A stretch of DNA of 63,927 bases, the filler included, from Octopus bimaculoides (taxonomy: Eukaryota), in the NCBI RefSeq assembly GCF_001194135.2. It is 6 parts of 6 records of this genome, joined end to end, with 100 filler letters (N's around TTAATTAATTAA, not from the genome) between each part and the next. Parts side by side here need not be neighbours in the genome. Positions count along the whole stretch, not along the records: positions 36,882 to 41,109 come from NC_068995.1; positions 41,210 to 57,371 come from NC_068989.1; 4 more parts are not named here. One strand, 5' to 3'. Positions 37,395-51,033 of the stretch are shown here, in pieces; position 1 is the first letter of the stretch, and every line of letters begins with the position of its first letter. The position numbers were made by a program, and so were the translations under genes. The notes under the pieces are model-generated. The model saw only the letters and a list, made by a program, of their open reading frames with translations, was not told the DNA's origin and did no database searches.

Positions 37395-37760
37395 CAGCAG
37401 TTGACCTTTAACCATTTTGGAAATGGATAAATTGATGGAGAAAGAAATGGCAGAAAAAATTAAGGTGGAGTACTTGCGCAGACTGAGACTGATCCTTAAG
37501 TCGAAATTAAACGGACGGAATAAGATTGAAGCTATCAACACCTGGGCAGTTTCACTCCTTAGATATGGAGCAGGGGTAATCGCATGGACAGTAGACGAAC
37601 TAAACAGCTTAGACAGAAAGACAAGGAAGTTGCTAACTAGATATGGGTCACTCCACACAAAAAGTGACACAGACAGACTATGTACCAAGAAAAAGAGGGG
37701 TATGAGGACTTATTGGATTAGAGCAGAAGAAAAGCATTAGAGCAGAAGAAAAGCAAGCTA
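37395..37760 (+). mobile_element. R4/Dong-type LINE fragment (post-RT region)
   Basis: ORF 37417-37740: KIKVEYLRRLRLILKSKLNGRNKIEAINTWAVSLLRYGAGVIAWTVDEL..LDRKTRKLL; homologous to ORF 43343-43789. Confidence 0.85.
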
Positions 37761-39479
37761 ACAGAATTTTTTTTTAGATGTGTTATCTCTGTATCGATCG
37801 ATTTCGGGATTGATGCAACGGATTTTTCCTTCTTCAGCAGAGAATATGATAAGAAATAAATGAAATGCTTACAAGCACCCATGGAAAAAAGCAGAAGCAA
37901 AGTCATGCGTACACATAAGTACCCCAAATATATCTAAATATAAATTCCGTAGCAAGCCTCAACACACGTATAATCGGTCAGGAACCACAACTTAGACTGG
38001 TCACCAGCTCGAAGTGAATGGTAATAAATTTACTTCTAATAGAGGATAAAATTTTTCAAAAAATTTCAAGTGACCAGCATAGTTTAATATACCTTTTATG
38101 TATATGTATGTATGTATATACACATACGTATATACATACATCCTTATATACAAATACATGTATACATACATTCTCATATACAAATACATACATACATGTA
38201 TACATACATGTATACATACATACATACACATGTATGGTGTGAATAACCTACAGATCCTGCTAAATCTCGCAGTCACTGTCAGTTAAATTTTAATATATTA
38301 TTATATATTACTATATATAATATACATCTATATGTATGCATGTACGTATATATATATATATATATNNNNNNNNNNNNNNNNNNNNNNNNNNNNNNNNNNN
38401 NNNNNNNNNNNNNNNNNNNNNNNNNNNNNNNNNNNNNNNNNNNNNNNNNNNNNNNNNNNNNNNNNNNNNNNNNNNNNNNNNNNNNNNNNNNNNNNNNNNN
38501 NNNNNNNNNNNNNNNNNNNNNNNNNNNNNNNNNNNNNNNNNNNNNNNNNNNNNNNNNNNNNNNNNNNNNNNNNNNNNNNNNNNNNNNNNNNNNATATATA
38601 TATATATAATGTATTTGTGCGTGTGTGTGTTTCTCAGCCTCTGTGTGCATGTGAATGTATAAATATAGCCATCCACGTAGGACATTGACATATACAGGAA
38701 TTTGTATGAGTGTACAGCTAATGTTTGTGTATGTGCAGATATATATTTACGTATATGTGCATGTATGCTTTTCTGTATGCATGCGTGTATATATGTATGT
38801 ATGTTTGTATGAATGTGTGTGTATATGTGTATGTATGTATGTAAGTATGTATGTATGTGTGTGTTGTATGCTTGTGTGACATCCCCCTATATAATATTGG
38901 AAAATGTTTTTGCGTTGTTTATTGTTATCGCAATAAACGTATGACGTCTAATAATAAATTTTGGATTACATTGCCATAATTCCTCTCTTCCTTTTACTTT
39001 CTCTTTCTCCCCACCCTCTCTCCCTAAATCCAGTTAGACAAATGTTTATCAACCATTCGTCTGCTGCTGAAGTATTAAAAAAAAATTCTCGATAGGATGA
39101 ATTATATCTATATGTATATTTGAAGTATTATTATTCTATGTTTTATTAATAATATCCATAGACTGAGGCCATGCCGGGACATCATCTTTAAAAATATAAT
39201 CTGCCATCCATCAATATTAGTTATAATGGAAAAATATTTTCTGAATTTATCGCAAAAATTGATGTTTCTTTTCTGGGGACAAAAATGGCAACAAATGAAC
39301 AAACGACTGTTTATTTTAGGGATCCTGGAATGATTAAGGATAAAGGCGATCTCGTCTCTACGAGATTTGAACTCGAAATGTAAAGGGGTACGACAAAATA
39401 GCACAAATAGTTTTGTCTTTCGCTCTACCGACTTCGCTAGCAATTAGAATAATTTCTGATTTATGCTCAGGGCCAGCAA

Positions 39480-39870
39480 TTTTTGAGGAGAGAGGATAAA
39501 TTGATTGTATTGATTTCAGTACATGACTGGCACCTTTTTATATCGAACCCAAAAAGGGGGAAATGGCATTTGGTCTCAGCGGGATTTGAACTCAGAGAAG
39601 TGCTACTAAGCATTTTGTCCGAAGCGTTAACGATTTTACTCGCCAATTGCATTAATTACGTAAATGACAATTACCCTTGGTACTATAGGCACAAGGCCTG
39701 AAATATTTTTTAAGGGAGTGGGCTGGTGGATTACATCGACCTTGTACTCAACTGGTACTTAATTTCATAGACCTCGAAAGCATAAAATGCAAAGTCGGCT
39801 TCGGCGGAATTTGAACTCAGAACGTAATTACATGAAATGCTGCGAAGGATTTTGCCGAGCGTACTTTGGA
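39480..39870 (-). mobile_element. Two SINE family B copies (39480-39650, 39680-39870)
   Basis: gaatttgaactcagaacg motif and tail. Confidence 0.75.
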
Positions 39871-40523
39871 CCAAGCTTACGGTTTTAGGTAATATGTGAG
39901 TCGTGCGTACTTCAGCTGGCCCTTAATAAGTAACAGAGGTGGCTTTTGGGAACAATTAATAGACGCGGCCCTTTCCTCATCTCACAAAATCTTAAAAAAA
40001 AAAAATCCACCTGGAAATTGAAACCAAACAATTCAGTGTCAAGAGCCGAGGTGATGTTCGTATTTTTACTATACAACCTTTATGACTCATATAACTATAC
40101 AAAATGACTTACAGAGACCTGGATTTAGCAAAACCATTCTTCAATTATTGCAACGCCTCCCACCAAAAACAAAAACAAAAATTAAAACTAAACAATCAAA
40201 CAATTGAATAAAAAAAAAATAAGTACATAGATATATTAAAAAAAGAAGATAGATAAAAAAGTAACGAAAAATAAAATAAAATAATAAAAATAAAGTTGTG
40301 ACCGTAAAATCTTCTCGGATTTTCTTTACAAACATACTTGGCGATGTAATGTCATTTCTTGCTATTAATTTCGCCATTCTTGTCTAAAGATGTATGTATG
40401 TATGTATGTATGTATGTATGTATGTATGTATGTATGTATGTATGTATGAATGTATGTACGTACGTATATATCTATGTATATATATATATATACAGTTATA
40501 CACGTACATACAAACACTCGCAC

Positions 40524-40583
<60 letters not shown>

Positions 40584-40664
40584 GTCTGCCTGTCTCTCTA
40601 TACACATAAACACACAGACATAAATGTATATATTAGTCTATTAGTCAATCACTCTATTAACTTA

Positions 40665-40701
<37 letters not shown>

Positions 40702-40711
40702 NNNNNNNNNN

Positions 40712-40748
<37 letters not shown>

Positions 40749-40963
40749 GTATGTCTTTCTGTATGCATGTATGTATATATGTATATGTATGTATATATAT
40801 GTATGTGTGCTGGTATGTACATGTATATATATATATATATATATATANNNNNNNNNNATGTATGTATGTATGTATGTATGTATGTATGAATGTATGTACG
40901 TACGTATATATCTATGTATATATATATATATACAGTTATACACGTACATACAAACACTCGCAC

Positions 40964-41023
<60 letters not shown>

Positions 41024-41209
41024 GTCTGCCTGTCTCTCTATACACATAAACACACAGACATAAATGTATATATTAGTCTATTAGTCAATCACTCTATTAA
41101 CTTACCTATNNNNNNNNNNNNNNNNNNNNNNNNNNNNNNNNNNNNNNNNNNNNTTAATTAATTAANNNNNNNNNNNNNNNNNNNNNNNNNNNNNNNNNNN
41201 NNNNNNNNN

Positions 41210-41329
41210 GATGTATTTGTCATTTTTCCTTTGATAAAGATAGCTTTTGCACATTTATCAAGGCCAAATTGCATCCTGATGTCATCACTGAATTGTTTAA
41301 CAATCGCTAGTAGGCCTTTGAGTTGTTGG

Positions 41330-41331
<2 letters not shown>
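41210..41331 (-). mobile_element. R4/Dong-type RT fragment truncated exactly at an (AAT)n tract
   Basis: DQQLKGLLAIVKQFSDDIRMQFGLDKCAKAIFIKGKM; same motif as the 5' end of 42510-43982 (AFSEHIGMEFGLDKCAK). Confidence 0.8.
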
Positions 41332-41385
<54 letters not shown>

Positions 41386-41437
41386 GTTGTTGTTGTTGTT
41401 TTTGATGTTCTTGTTCTTGTTGTTCTTGTAGATGCTT

Positions 41438-41712
41438 TGAAAGTGACACTGGGGTAAAATATGCGAAGCCCAGTATACCATCATGACTACTCGTCTGATA
41501 AGGGTACACTAGGCACATGCATCACACCCATATGTACGCGACGTGGTGATCTCATATAAAAATTAACAGCACATGAAGTTGTAGGTGGGGCGCAGTTAAA
41601 ATTATCTTCGGCTCGAGTAGCCGATACGCTCAAAGGGTCCGTCAATAATGGTTGTATAAGGAAGTTGATCGAAACATCCATGTTTCCAAAAGTGAATTAT
41701 CCAAACTCCCTT
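41438..41712 (-). mobile_element. Family X element, older partial copy
   Basis: aagcccagtatac.catc.tgactac.c.tctgataagggtacac matches 56184-56230. Confidence 0.8.
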
Positions 41713-41745
41713 GTAACTCCAGTAGAAGGAATTATTATTATCACT

Positions 41746-41822
<77 letters not shown>

Positions 41823-41823
<1 letters not shown>

Positions 41824-42250
41824 TACTTTTAATCTGCATGTTTCTTACAATCACTCGCCGAGACACACCCATCGTCCTCGAGTGAGTGAAGGATAACGGA
41901 TGTTACAGTATAACTGAAAGCTTGTGAAGGAGAAATGGCAGTGGCAGTAGCGAAATATCTTCATGTAATACAACGCATACATTTAAATTGATAGTTTTTT
42001 CTAAGGATGTGGCAGTACTTATCAGCACAATCTTTTGGTTTTCTCTGAGACATGGTTCTCCTGGGATACTATCGGGATGTTTCTGGCATCCCTTTCTTAA
42101 TATCCCTAGGGTACCCACAATACAATGCCACATCTTTTGTATTTCAATTTCCATTTCCTTATATTTACTTAATTTGTCAAATTCCCTTACAGATATATTT
42201 TTATCAGTGGGAACACTTACATCTATTAGACTACAAGTATTTTCCTTATT
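41823..42250 (-). mobile_element. 5'-truncated R4/Dong-type LINE between two (ATT)n tracts
   Basis: CSLIDVSVPTDK...EFDKLSKYKEMEIEIQKMWH...IVGTLGIL; distinct 3'UTR ending at the (ATT)n tract 41730-41822. Confidence 0.75.
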
Positions 42251-42509
42251 AGTATTATTATTATTGCATTTATTCTCCTTGGCATCTTCTATGAATTTTG
42301 CAATTCTTTTTCGATTTATTTGCCGAGTGTCTTCCTGACACGTAGAGCTGAGAATTGTACTGTATACATTGCTAGGCCATTAAAATAAACACAACATATT
42401 GTTCATGTACACAGTCATGTGATAGAGAAAAAGAGGAAGACAGAGTGAAAAGGGCAAAAATAAAAAAAATTAAAAGTAGACAAATAAAATAAAGAGGGAA
42501 AAAAAGAAA

Positions 42510-43982
42510 GAAAAATTCACAGCGACAATGCCCTTCTCGGTACGTGTGACGTATGAGATAAGAGAATCGTTTGCACTTCCTGCATGGATGGTAAGCCAGG
42601 TATCATTCTTAGATAATTTTTAGTTGCAAGTGCTCCTACAGTCACTGGTATACTAACCCCCTTGAGATGCCACATCTGTTCGATTTCGATTAGCAAAGCT
42701 TCTGAGCTTATCAAATTCTTTTGCCGAGATATTATGGTTACAGGGTATGCTCATGTCAATCAATAAGCAGACTTTATTGTTTTGGTCTTTCACAGTAATA
42801 TCTGGTTTATTTGCTTTGATAGTCATGTCTGTATATACTGGGAAGTTTCAAAGAATAGTCACATTTTCTCCCTCAGTCACAGCCTCAGGGTGGTGCTTAT
42901 ACCATTTGTCAGCTGTTTTGATTTTATAATGCCGACATATTATCCAATGCCGATATTGGCCAACTCTTTCATGTCTTGATTTGAACTCTACGAATGCTAA
43001 AACTTTACATTCAGAGATTAGGTGGTCCACTGCTTCTATCCCATCGTTGCAGTGTCGGCACTTTGGGTCTACACCATTTTTCATCACGTTAGCTTGATAG
43101 TTCCGGGTCAATAAGCTTTGATCTTGGCCAGCCAAGATAAAGTCTTTACTCTCTGGCTTTAGCCCTGAGCTCTATAGTCACTGATGGGTGTGCTTCTGGT
43201 CTACATTAGCTTGTTTGCTACGGGCCACATACTTACTATGCAAAGGTTTTTGTTCCCACCTATCAGCTAATTGTTCAAACGCATTTTGATTTGTTATTGA
43301 TTTCACCTTCTTTGCTACTACAATTGCTGCACTTCCATCATGTTATTCACCCATGGTATAATGCAGAAACTCACTTGAAAATAGTTTGCTCTCCTTCATA
43401 ACAGAATGAAGCTTCTTACGTCTCTCATGGCTTTCAACGAGCTTTAGCATCCAGTCATTAGATGTTTCAAGATATTTTTCCAGTTCAACTGTGGTGGTAT
43501 TGTTGGAGGTTTCAAACTGGAACGCGCCTTGACCTCCTTGAACTCTGGGTAGGTAAAGACGATTTGCATCTGCTTTTGGATGGTGAATCTCATTGCACAT
43601 CAGCAAGATATTGATTTTCTTGTCAATCTTCTTTATTTCGCTCATATTCCAGTTCAACAATTTGAAACCGTAAATAACAACCGGAACTGCTAAGGAATTT
43701 ATTGCTAACACCTTGTTACGTGCGTTTAACTCGGATTTTAGGACTGCTCGGACTCTCCTGTAACACCCCTTTCTGATCTTCTCTTTCATATTTGCATGTT
43801 GAATGCCAGAGCCCTCATTTATTCCGAGGTACTTGTAAGTTTGTTGCTACTCGAGTTCTTTTATGACTGTGTCAACATCCAACACCACTGAATTTGAAGT
43901 CTTCAGTTTCCTTTTCTGGAAAGTAGGCTTGGCACATTTATCAAGACCAAATTCCATCCCGATATGTTCACTGAATGCTTTC
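42510..43982 (-). mobile_element. Decayed R4/Dong-type LINE, RT end to RLE endonuclease
   Basis: ORFs 43343-43789, 42848-43135 (CRHC...DHLISEC CCHC knuckle) and 42517-42714 (IEIEQMWHLK...VGAL). Confidence 0.9.
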
Positions 43983-43984
43983 TA

Positions 43985-46015
43985 GGATCCATGGGTAGGG
44001 AATACTATCAAAATCCTTTCCGCAGGATCTTTATCTACTCGAGCTACGAACTGGAACACACGCGAGGAGTCGGCATCGTCATGTCTGCAAGGGCAAATGG
44101 AGCACTCATCGGATGGAAGCATGCTAGTGATTATATCATCATCGCCCAATTCCAAACGGAGTTGTTCAGGATCACCGTCATCCAGGCCTATGCCCCGATC
44201 GAAGACGCAGAAGGGACCGATAAAGTGGTTTTCTTTGACCACCTAGAGGAGTCCCCTCATCACGACTTGGTCCTTCTAATTGGCAACTTTAACGCCAAAA
44301 TCGCAAGAAACCGACAAGGGTACGAGCACGTAATTGGCCCAAACGGCACGGTGATCGGTTGGTGTCGGTCTGCTCAACGAATGGTTTGACGATCTGTAAC
44401 ACTTACTTCGAGCACATGTGGATCCACAAGAAAACGTGGCGATCACCGGATGGTCGGACCTTTAACGAGGTCGACTATGTCTGTATTAGTAAGTGGGGGA
44501 GATCGACCCTGCTGGACGTGCGGATGTGCCGGAGAACAGATGTGGGCTCAGATCATTACCTCCTCCTCGCAAAGAGTCGACTTCGATTGAGGTGCTTGCC
44601 ACTCGTTCAGAGTTGCTCCCGCCCCTTTGCAGTGGGAAAATTTAAAGACAGAAGGACAGTCGATCAATTCCGACCTCTCCCAGACGTGGACGATGTCGAC
44701 ATCGACAGCTGCTTTAGGAAGTTCCAGGAGGCAATTATCGAAAGAGCCGAGAAGACCAGCGGCAGGAGCGTTGGGTCCTAGATCTAACGTAGATCCTGAT
44801 CGATGCGAGACGAAAGGCTAAAATACAACGAGACCTAGCGCAAATGGACGAAGCCCAGCAGGAAGCATTGGAGACCGATCGGACAATGGATCGAAGAGTG
44901 AAGCAGAGTGCCGGAAAAACAAGCGGGATATATTGGAACAAGTGTCAGAAGGCGCAGTAGGCAGCGGATCGAAATGATACAAAGAATTTATACAGTATCC
45001 TACGTATAGGATACTGGAACTAAAAGCGGACAAGGGGTGCCCGTCAAGGACAAGAACAGAAAAGTGTTAGTGACGGTCGAAGATCAAGCGAGAAGATGGG
45101 TCAAACACTTTAAGGAGACATTCAATCAGTCAGCGCCCGTGGACCTCTTTGCCTTAGACCCACCGATCCCCGACAACGATCTGGCAGTGAACATGGATGA
45201 GATCACGACGGCCAAGACGGTGGCGGCGATACGGCTCCTGAAGAACAAGAAGGAGTCGAGATTGGATATGGTGGCGGCGAATTTGCTGAAATACGGAAGG
45301 CATCGCGTCGTCGGACGTCTTAGGGTCCAGCATACATCTAAATGTATGCTGGACGACAGGCGGAGTCCCATAGGATTGGCATTGGGGAGTAATCGTCAAG
45401 CTTCTATAGACAGGAAACCTCGCCGATTGCAACAATTGGAGAGGGATTACGCTTCCATCTGTCCCCGGAAATGTCTTCGGTATCATCCTCTTAAGACGGC
45501 TGCAACAGGCGGTGGATGAGAAGCTCCGAGAAGAACAAGCCGGTTTTCGATGCAGACAGACGTGCAATAAACAAATCTTCAAGTTGCGCTACATTATCGA
45601 ACAAAGCCTGGAATATCAGCAACGGCAATCAATCATTTTCATTGATTTTGTCAAGGCATTCGACAGCGTTCACCGGAGTTTGTTGTGGTGCATGTCTCGT
45701 GACATTGGCATTCCCGTGAGTTGTGTTTCGTCGACTCCCTTCGGAGCCTTTACTGTGAGTCTAGGCGCTGCGTTCGAACGGAGACGGGCTACACCGACTA
45801 CCTTGTCATTGAGACCGGTGTACGGCAAGGGTGCATTCTATCCCTTCTTCTATTTCTTCGTCATGCATAGGGCGATGCACCGACGTAGATTTGAGATTCG
45901 TGGTGTGGGTCAGGACACCTGACTAACCTCGACTTCGCCGATGACATCGCTGTCGTTGGAGCGAAGAAGAATATCATTAATATTTCATGGGATGAGGCTA
46001 AAATCGCCGCGGCCG
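43985..46015 (+). mobile_element. Decayed RTE-clade LINE (APE endonuclease + reverse transcriptase), GC/CpG-rich
   Basis: RGVGIVM, IQAYAP, LIGNFNAK, TWRSPDG..NEVDY, GSDHYLL (APE); LREEQAGFR, FIDFVKAFDSV, LDFADDI (RT); many frameshifts. Confidence 0.93.
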
Positions 46016-46018
46016 ACT

Positions 46019-46600
46019 ACGGAGGCTCTAATATGTACTACCGAAGAGCAAGCACTAAGAACAAACTACATAAAATACAGAATAGACAATACAGCAGAAA
46101 CTGATAAGTGCAGAATCTGTGGAAAAACGGTGAAACTGTATTGCATATTACCACCTAATGTACATCACTAGCCCAGAAGAAATATAAGAGACGCCACGAC
46201 AATATAGCAGGGCTTGTCCATTGGAAATTTGCAACATGTATGGACTTGACAGAGCAAAAAATTGGTACTACCATGAACCTTAATTGAGGTTCATAGTATT
46301 AATTGAGAAAGAAAACAAACTATGCTGGGTCATAGATATTGCATGCCCAGCTGATAAAAAGGTATGTGATAAGGAGGAAAGAAAAGTCGATAGATATGAC
46401 AGGTTAGCTTGGGAGGTAAAGCAGTTTTGGTCGATGAAAAAGGTGGTAGTAGTACCAATAATTGTCGGAGCTCTGGGAACAGTGAACAAAAATCTCGAGA
46501 AGTACGTGGAACAAATAGGGGCTGGAATAAGAGTGGAGCACTTGCAGAAAACAGCACTGCTTGGAACCGCTCGAATACTCCGAAGGTGCTCGATAAATAA
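46019..46600 (+). mobile_element. R4/Dong-type LINE 3' fragment (second family)
   Basis: EEQALRTNYIKYRID...KCRICGK; IDIACPADK...RYDRLAWEVKQFW...PIIVGALG...LQKTALLGTARILR. Confidence 0.88.
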
Positions 46601-47185
46601 GAGCTGTTACTTATATTTTCTCGTCTAAAATTATGTAGGAGAAATATTTAGATATTTTTAGCGGGTTGAAGTAGACGAATGCACTTCTGTTTCGGTCTGT
46701 ATTTGTTAAAGTGAAAACGTGCAAACGCACAAATGCGCGCGCGGGTGCATGCGCACACATTGATATTTGATATGTGTGTGTTTCTTTGTATCTTTGTAAG
46801 CACACCCACACATATACACATACATACACACGGCCATATATATATATATATATATATATATAAGCATATAGACAGATAAACAGACGAACAGATGGTCACA
46901 CATTTGACGCTGTTATGTATACATATATGTGTGTACAGATAGATAAATATTTAGATAGATAAAAGACACTCACATTTGTATATATGTATACAAAAATGTG
47001 TGTGTTTTAGTGTGTGTCGTTGTGTTTTTGACGCGTGTATATTTGCTATATTATCGTTAATATGGCAGCGCTGAAACTGTTTGTCCACATCGGGTCCAGA
47101 ATACCACTCAGGACGTGACCTTTCCTTTATGGATATACAGAGGTATATCGAAGAATTGTAGTGTATATACGTACGCACGCACGCA

Positions 47186-47263
<78 letters not shown>

Positions 47264-47744
47264 NNNNNNNNNNNNNNNNNNNNNNNNNNNNNNNNNNNNN
47301 NNNNNNNNNNNNNNNNNNNNNNNNNNNNNNNNNNNNNNNNNNNNNNNNNNNNNNNNNNNNNNNNNNNNNNNNNNNNNNNNNNNNNNNNNNNNNNNNNNNN
47401 NNNNNNNNNNNNNNNNNNNNNNNNNNNNNNNNNNNNNNNNNNNNNNNNNNNNNNNNNNNNNNNNNNNNNNNNNNNNNNNNNNNNNNNNNNNNNNNNNNNN
47501 NNNNNNNNNNNNNNNNNNNNNNNNNNNNNNNNNNNNNNNNNNNNNNNNNNNNNNNNNNNNNNNNNNNNNNNNNNNNNNNNNNNNNNNNNNNNNNNNNNNN
47601 NNNNNNNNNNNNNNNNNNNNNNNNNNNNNNNNNNNNNNNNNNNNNNNNNNNNNNNNNNNNNNNNNNNNNNNNNNNNNNNNNNNNNNNNNNNNNNNNNNNN
47701 NNNNNNNNNNNNNNNNNNNNNNNNNNNNNNNNNNNNNNNNNNNN

Positions 47745-47802
<58 letters not shown>

Positions 47803-50064
47803 GTATGTATATATATGTGTATCTATATAGGTACATATGAGCTCATATACATACATATACTTATATAGATAAGTATATATGTACATGTCTGTTTCTCTGT
47901 GTATGTATGAATACAATATTCATTACAAAGAATATGTTCAAAGTTAAAACTGTAAGCGTAGGTAAGTGAGGGTATCCTGATAAAACTGAGATGTTAGTTG
48001 CATTTAAAGTATGAGCTTTTATATCTTCAATAGTAAGCTTCATCTGAATCTCCCTTTTAAAACTAGTAACACTTGGTGAACAAAAAGACTGTAAAATATG
48101 ACCTAATATTTCAGCTAGCTTCTGCAATAAGCTTAAGTGAATTAGAAGTGCAACTGGTAAACATACTATGACATTAATTAAGATTTTTGCTTGAATGTTT
48201 TGCCAGCTTGGAATAACAGAAAGATTTTGCTCCTTCAGCACAAGACATGTCAGAGCAATCAGTGGAAATCATGCAAGTGTGGACATGTACATTCCGATAT
48301 CGACAAGTTTAGACTTTTGAAAAGGTGCAGAGGATTACTTAAAAATTACCAAATGTATCTGGATAAGCTTGTAGAGAACCTGATGAATAACTATTAGACG
48401 TTTTGTTCCCGGAAACTTAGTTTCACTTGATCTTTTCTCAGTCTATTTTTGCTTTGGACAAATTGAATTTACGGAAGTAATTCCTATTAAGGCGATAGAT
48501 TATAGCATTTATATCATATTCCAGATTCTGGCTGAATTTAACTTTTCATATCAGGGATCTTTTTCCAATAAAATAGATGATGGATGACAAATAAAGCCAA
48601 TTTCCTTCACTAGAATGACTAAGTGTAAGAGTAGATCTTACGCTATGCACGATCCATAGAAAATGAAAAGATGCGAAATAAATTTAAAAAATTATCTCTA
48701 TATTGGATTTCAGCGGAAATATAGAAAAGGAACGATAAATTTGTTCTATGTCAATTTATATACATTCGAACAAAGGGGTTGTTTATATACTGGATTTTTA
48801 AGCGCGAAACCACTGTATCAGAATGCATTGTTGAAGTAATGAGAGGCAATTGTCAGCGTAGCTTCACTGATAGATGGTAAAAGGGCCAGCTTACTTTTAG
48901 TTCACTGTATATTTTGAAGACTAGAGAATGATTGGCAATCTTGCTGACATAAAAGGAACTCTCATTTCGTTTCCGATTCGTCACTAAAGTGATAGCGATA
49001 CTGGGATTAACTATTCTAGGCTTGGTATCCAATAGGAATAATAATTTGTGATATTTCAACTTCCAATGAAATTTATTATATAACTGTACTATATATAATG
49101 TACTTTAGCGAGTATATCCCTTTGTTATGTACTTTAGTGAGTATATCTCTTTCTTATTTTCTACTTCCCTGAAGCTGAATCTGAGAGACGCATACCTAAA
49201 ATTGATTGCTATTATTGTTGGCAGTCAACTGTCAATTTTGCCCTTATGTGTTGTCCGTAGGATCCAGCGAACATCTTAGAATTGTTGCTACAATAATTAT
49301 TTGCTGGAGGCCATTTGATCTCTGAACTGCTTTACATGGAGTCGCGAGTATAAGTTCAGAAAGTGACTCGGTAATGTGGAGTGAGTCTTGCCATGCTGTA
49401 TCTCTCAGGACATGCTCCTGTGCATTTTACCAGATTCTCGTTAACCAGACGTTTCCTTCTGGTCAGATGGAATTTTAGGTCATACAGATTCTTGCACAGT
49501 TGCTGCATATATATATATATATAAATTATGCTCATCATCCTATTACCACTTAGCTTCCGTCAAAATCAGTAAACCCGCCTTATTGGTGTTCTTATTCTCC
49601 TCCCACTCCCAGCTATCTCGGTATTCTCAGCGAACAGGAGGCCTTCATATTGTTTGTATTTGTGTCACATTCTCCGTTTTTTTCCCGTCCTTGTTTTCGT
49701 ATACATTCGCTGCTTTCTTCCAAGGAATCTAATGCTCCCAGCTTAGTTTTTCCTTTGGGACTGGCCAGATTGGAGCAATCTTCAGTATTACCAGCCGAAA
49801 TTGCAAATCTAATCTTGAACTCGACAGAGGAAAGAAAACTCCGAATGACCCGTCCTTGTTTTCTTTGTACTGATTATCTGGATGCTTTGTTGTCCCTTTT
49901 TTGTATCACCTAACTGTCTGGATGTTTTGCTTTCTTGTCCCATTTTGTATTATATATATNNNNNNNNNNNNNNNNNNNNNNNNNNNNNNNNNNNNNNNNN
50001 NNNNNNNNNNNNNNNNNNNNNNNNNNNNNNNNNNNNNNNNTATATATATATATATATATTACCC

Positions 50065-50484
50065 TTTGCTTGTTACAGTCAGTAGACTGTTGAAATGCGG
50101 AACACCACCTTGATGGGATTAATCGAGAAAATTGGCCCCAGTACTTTTTCTTTCAAAGCCTGGTACACATGCTATCAATATTTGTTGCCGAATCTCTGAG
50201 TACCGGGAACCTAAACAAGCCAACATCGGTTGTCAAGCAGCGATACGGGGCATAGATACACATACACATATAAGTGTTCGTCTGGTCTGTATACACACAC
50301 ACACGCACTCACACACATTCGCGCACGTATATCTGATGGGTTTCTTGTAGTTTCCATCAACCAAATCCACCCACAAAGCTTTGGTCAGTCCGTGACTATA
50401 ATATTAAACTCGTGCCCGAGGGACTGAACCCAGAAACATGCAGCTGGAAAATACACTTCTTACTACAAAGTCACACCTGCGCCT
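50065..50484 (-). mobile_element. SINE family A copy (diverged)
   Basis: Reverse complement head ends cacacctgcgcct; body caaatccacccacaaagctttggtc. Confidence 0.75.
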
Positions 50485-50487
50485 ATT

Positions 50488-51033
50488 TATGAGTTTTGGT
50501 GAAAATTATCGGGACTGTTGCTATGGTAAGAAAGCTAAAGCACACAGAGTGACGCCGCTTGGCACAGATTGATCTTGAACCCTGTCGCGCATGCACCAAG
50601 TTATATCGCTCTCGCTCACTTCCGTTGTTTAAAGCAGAGCTTGGAAGTAATGTTTAAAAAAAAAAAAAAGATCGTTTTCTCCTCGATTATGTCGAGAAAA
50701 CAAAAATTGTTTTTGAAAACGGTCATAACAGATAACGAATCGTGGGTCTATGGCTATGACTCCGATCATAAGGCAAAAATCAAATACCATTTCAAAGTAA
50801 CAAGATTTCAAGACTTCGAGAGAATCCAGGAGAATGCGAATACACCGTTGCCCCCACTATCCCACGAAAGGAGATCTAGGAAACCCTCCATCAATAGACA
50901 CGATGTTGGATAAAGTGAGTTGCTTCGAAAGGGGACTACTTTGAAGGAGATTAAATGCCGAATTCTTATGTGTTGTAGTTGTAATTTTCTTTTTTATAGC
51001 GTTAGTCGCGATAGTTTTAGATCACCTCTCGTA
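50488..51033 (+). mobile_element. Internally deleted mariner (~545 bp)
   Basis: TIRs tatgag...aaaattatcgggact / agtcgcgatagtttt...ctcgta; transposase remnants ITDNESWVYGYD and KGDYFEGD*. Confidence 0.85.

Noticed and set aside
40430-41109. ~240-bp direct duplication (40430-40668 versus 40858-41109)
   Set aside because: Essentially identical copies separated by 10-N gaps in microsatellite; most likely unmerged contig overlap.
49560-49930. Possible RTE 3' coding remnant on the minus strand
   Set aside because: Only a faint resemblance (IAPIWPVPK); too degenerate to call.
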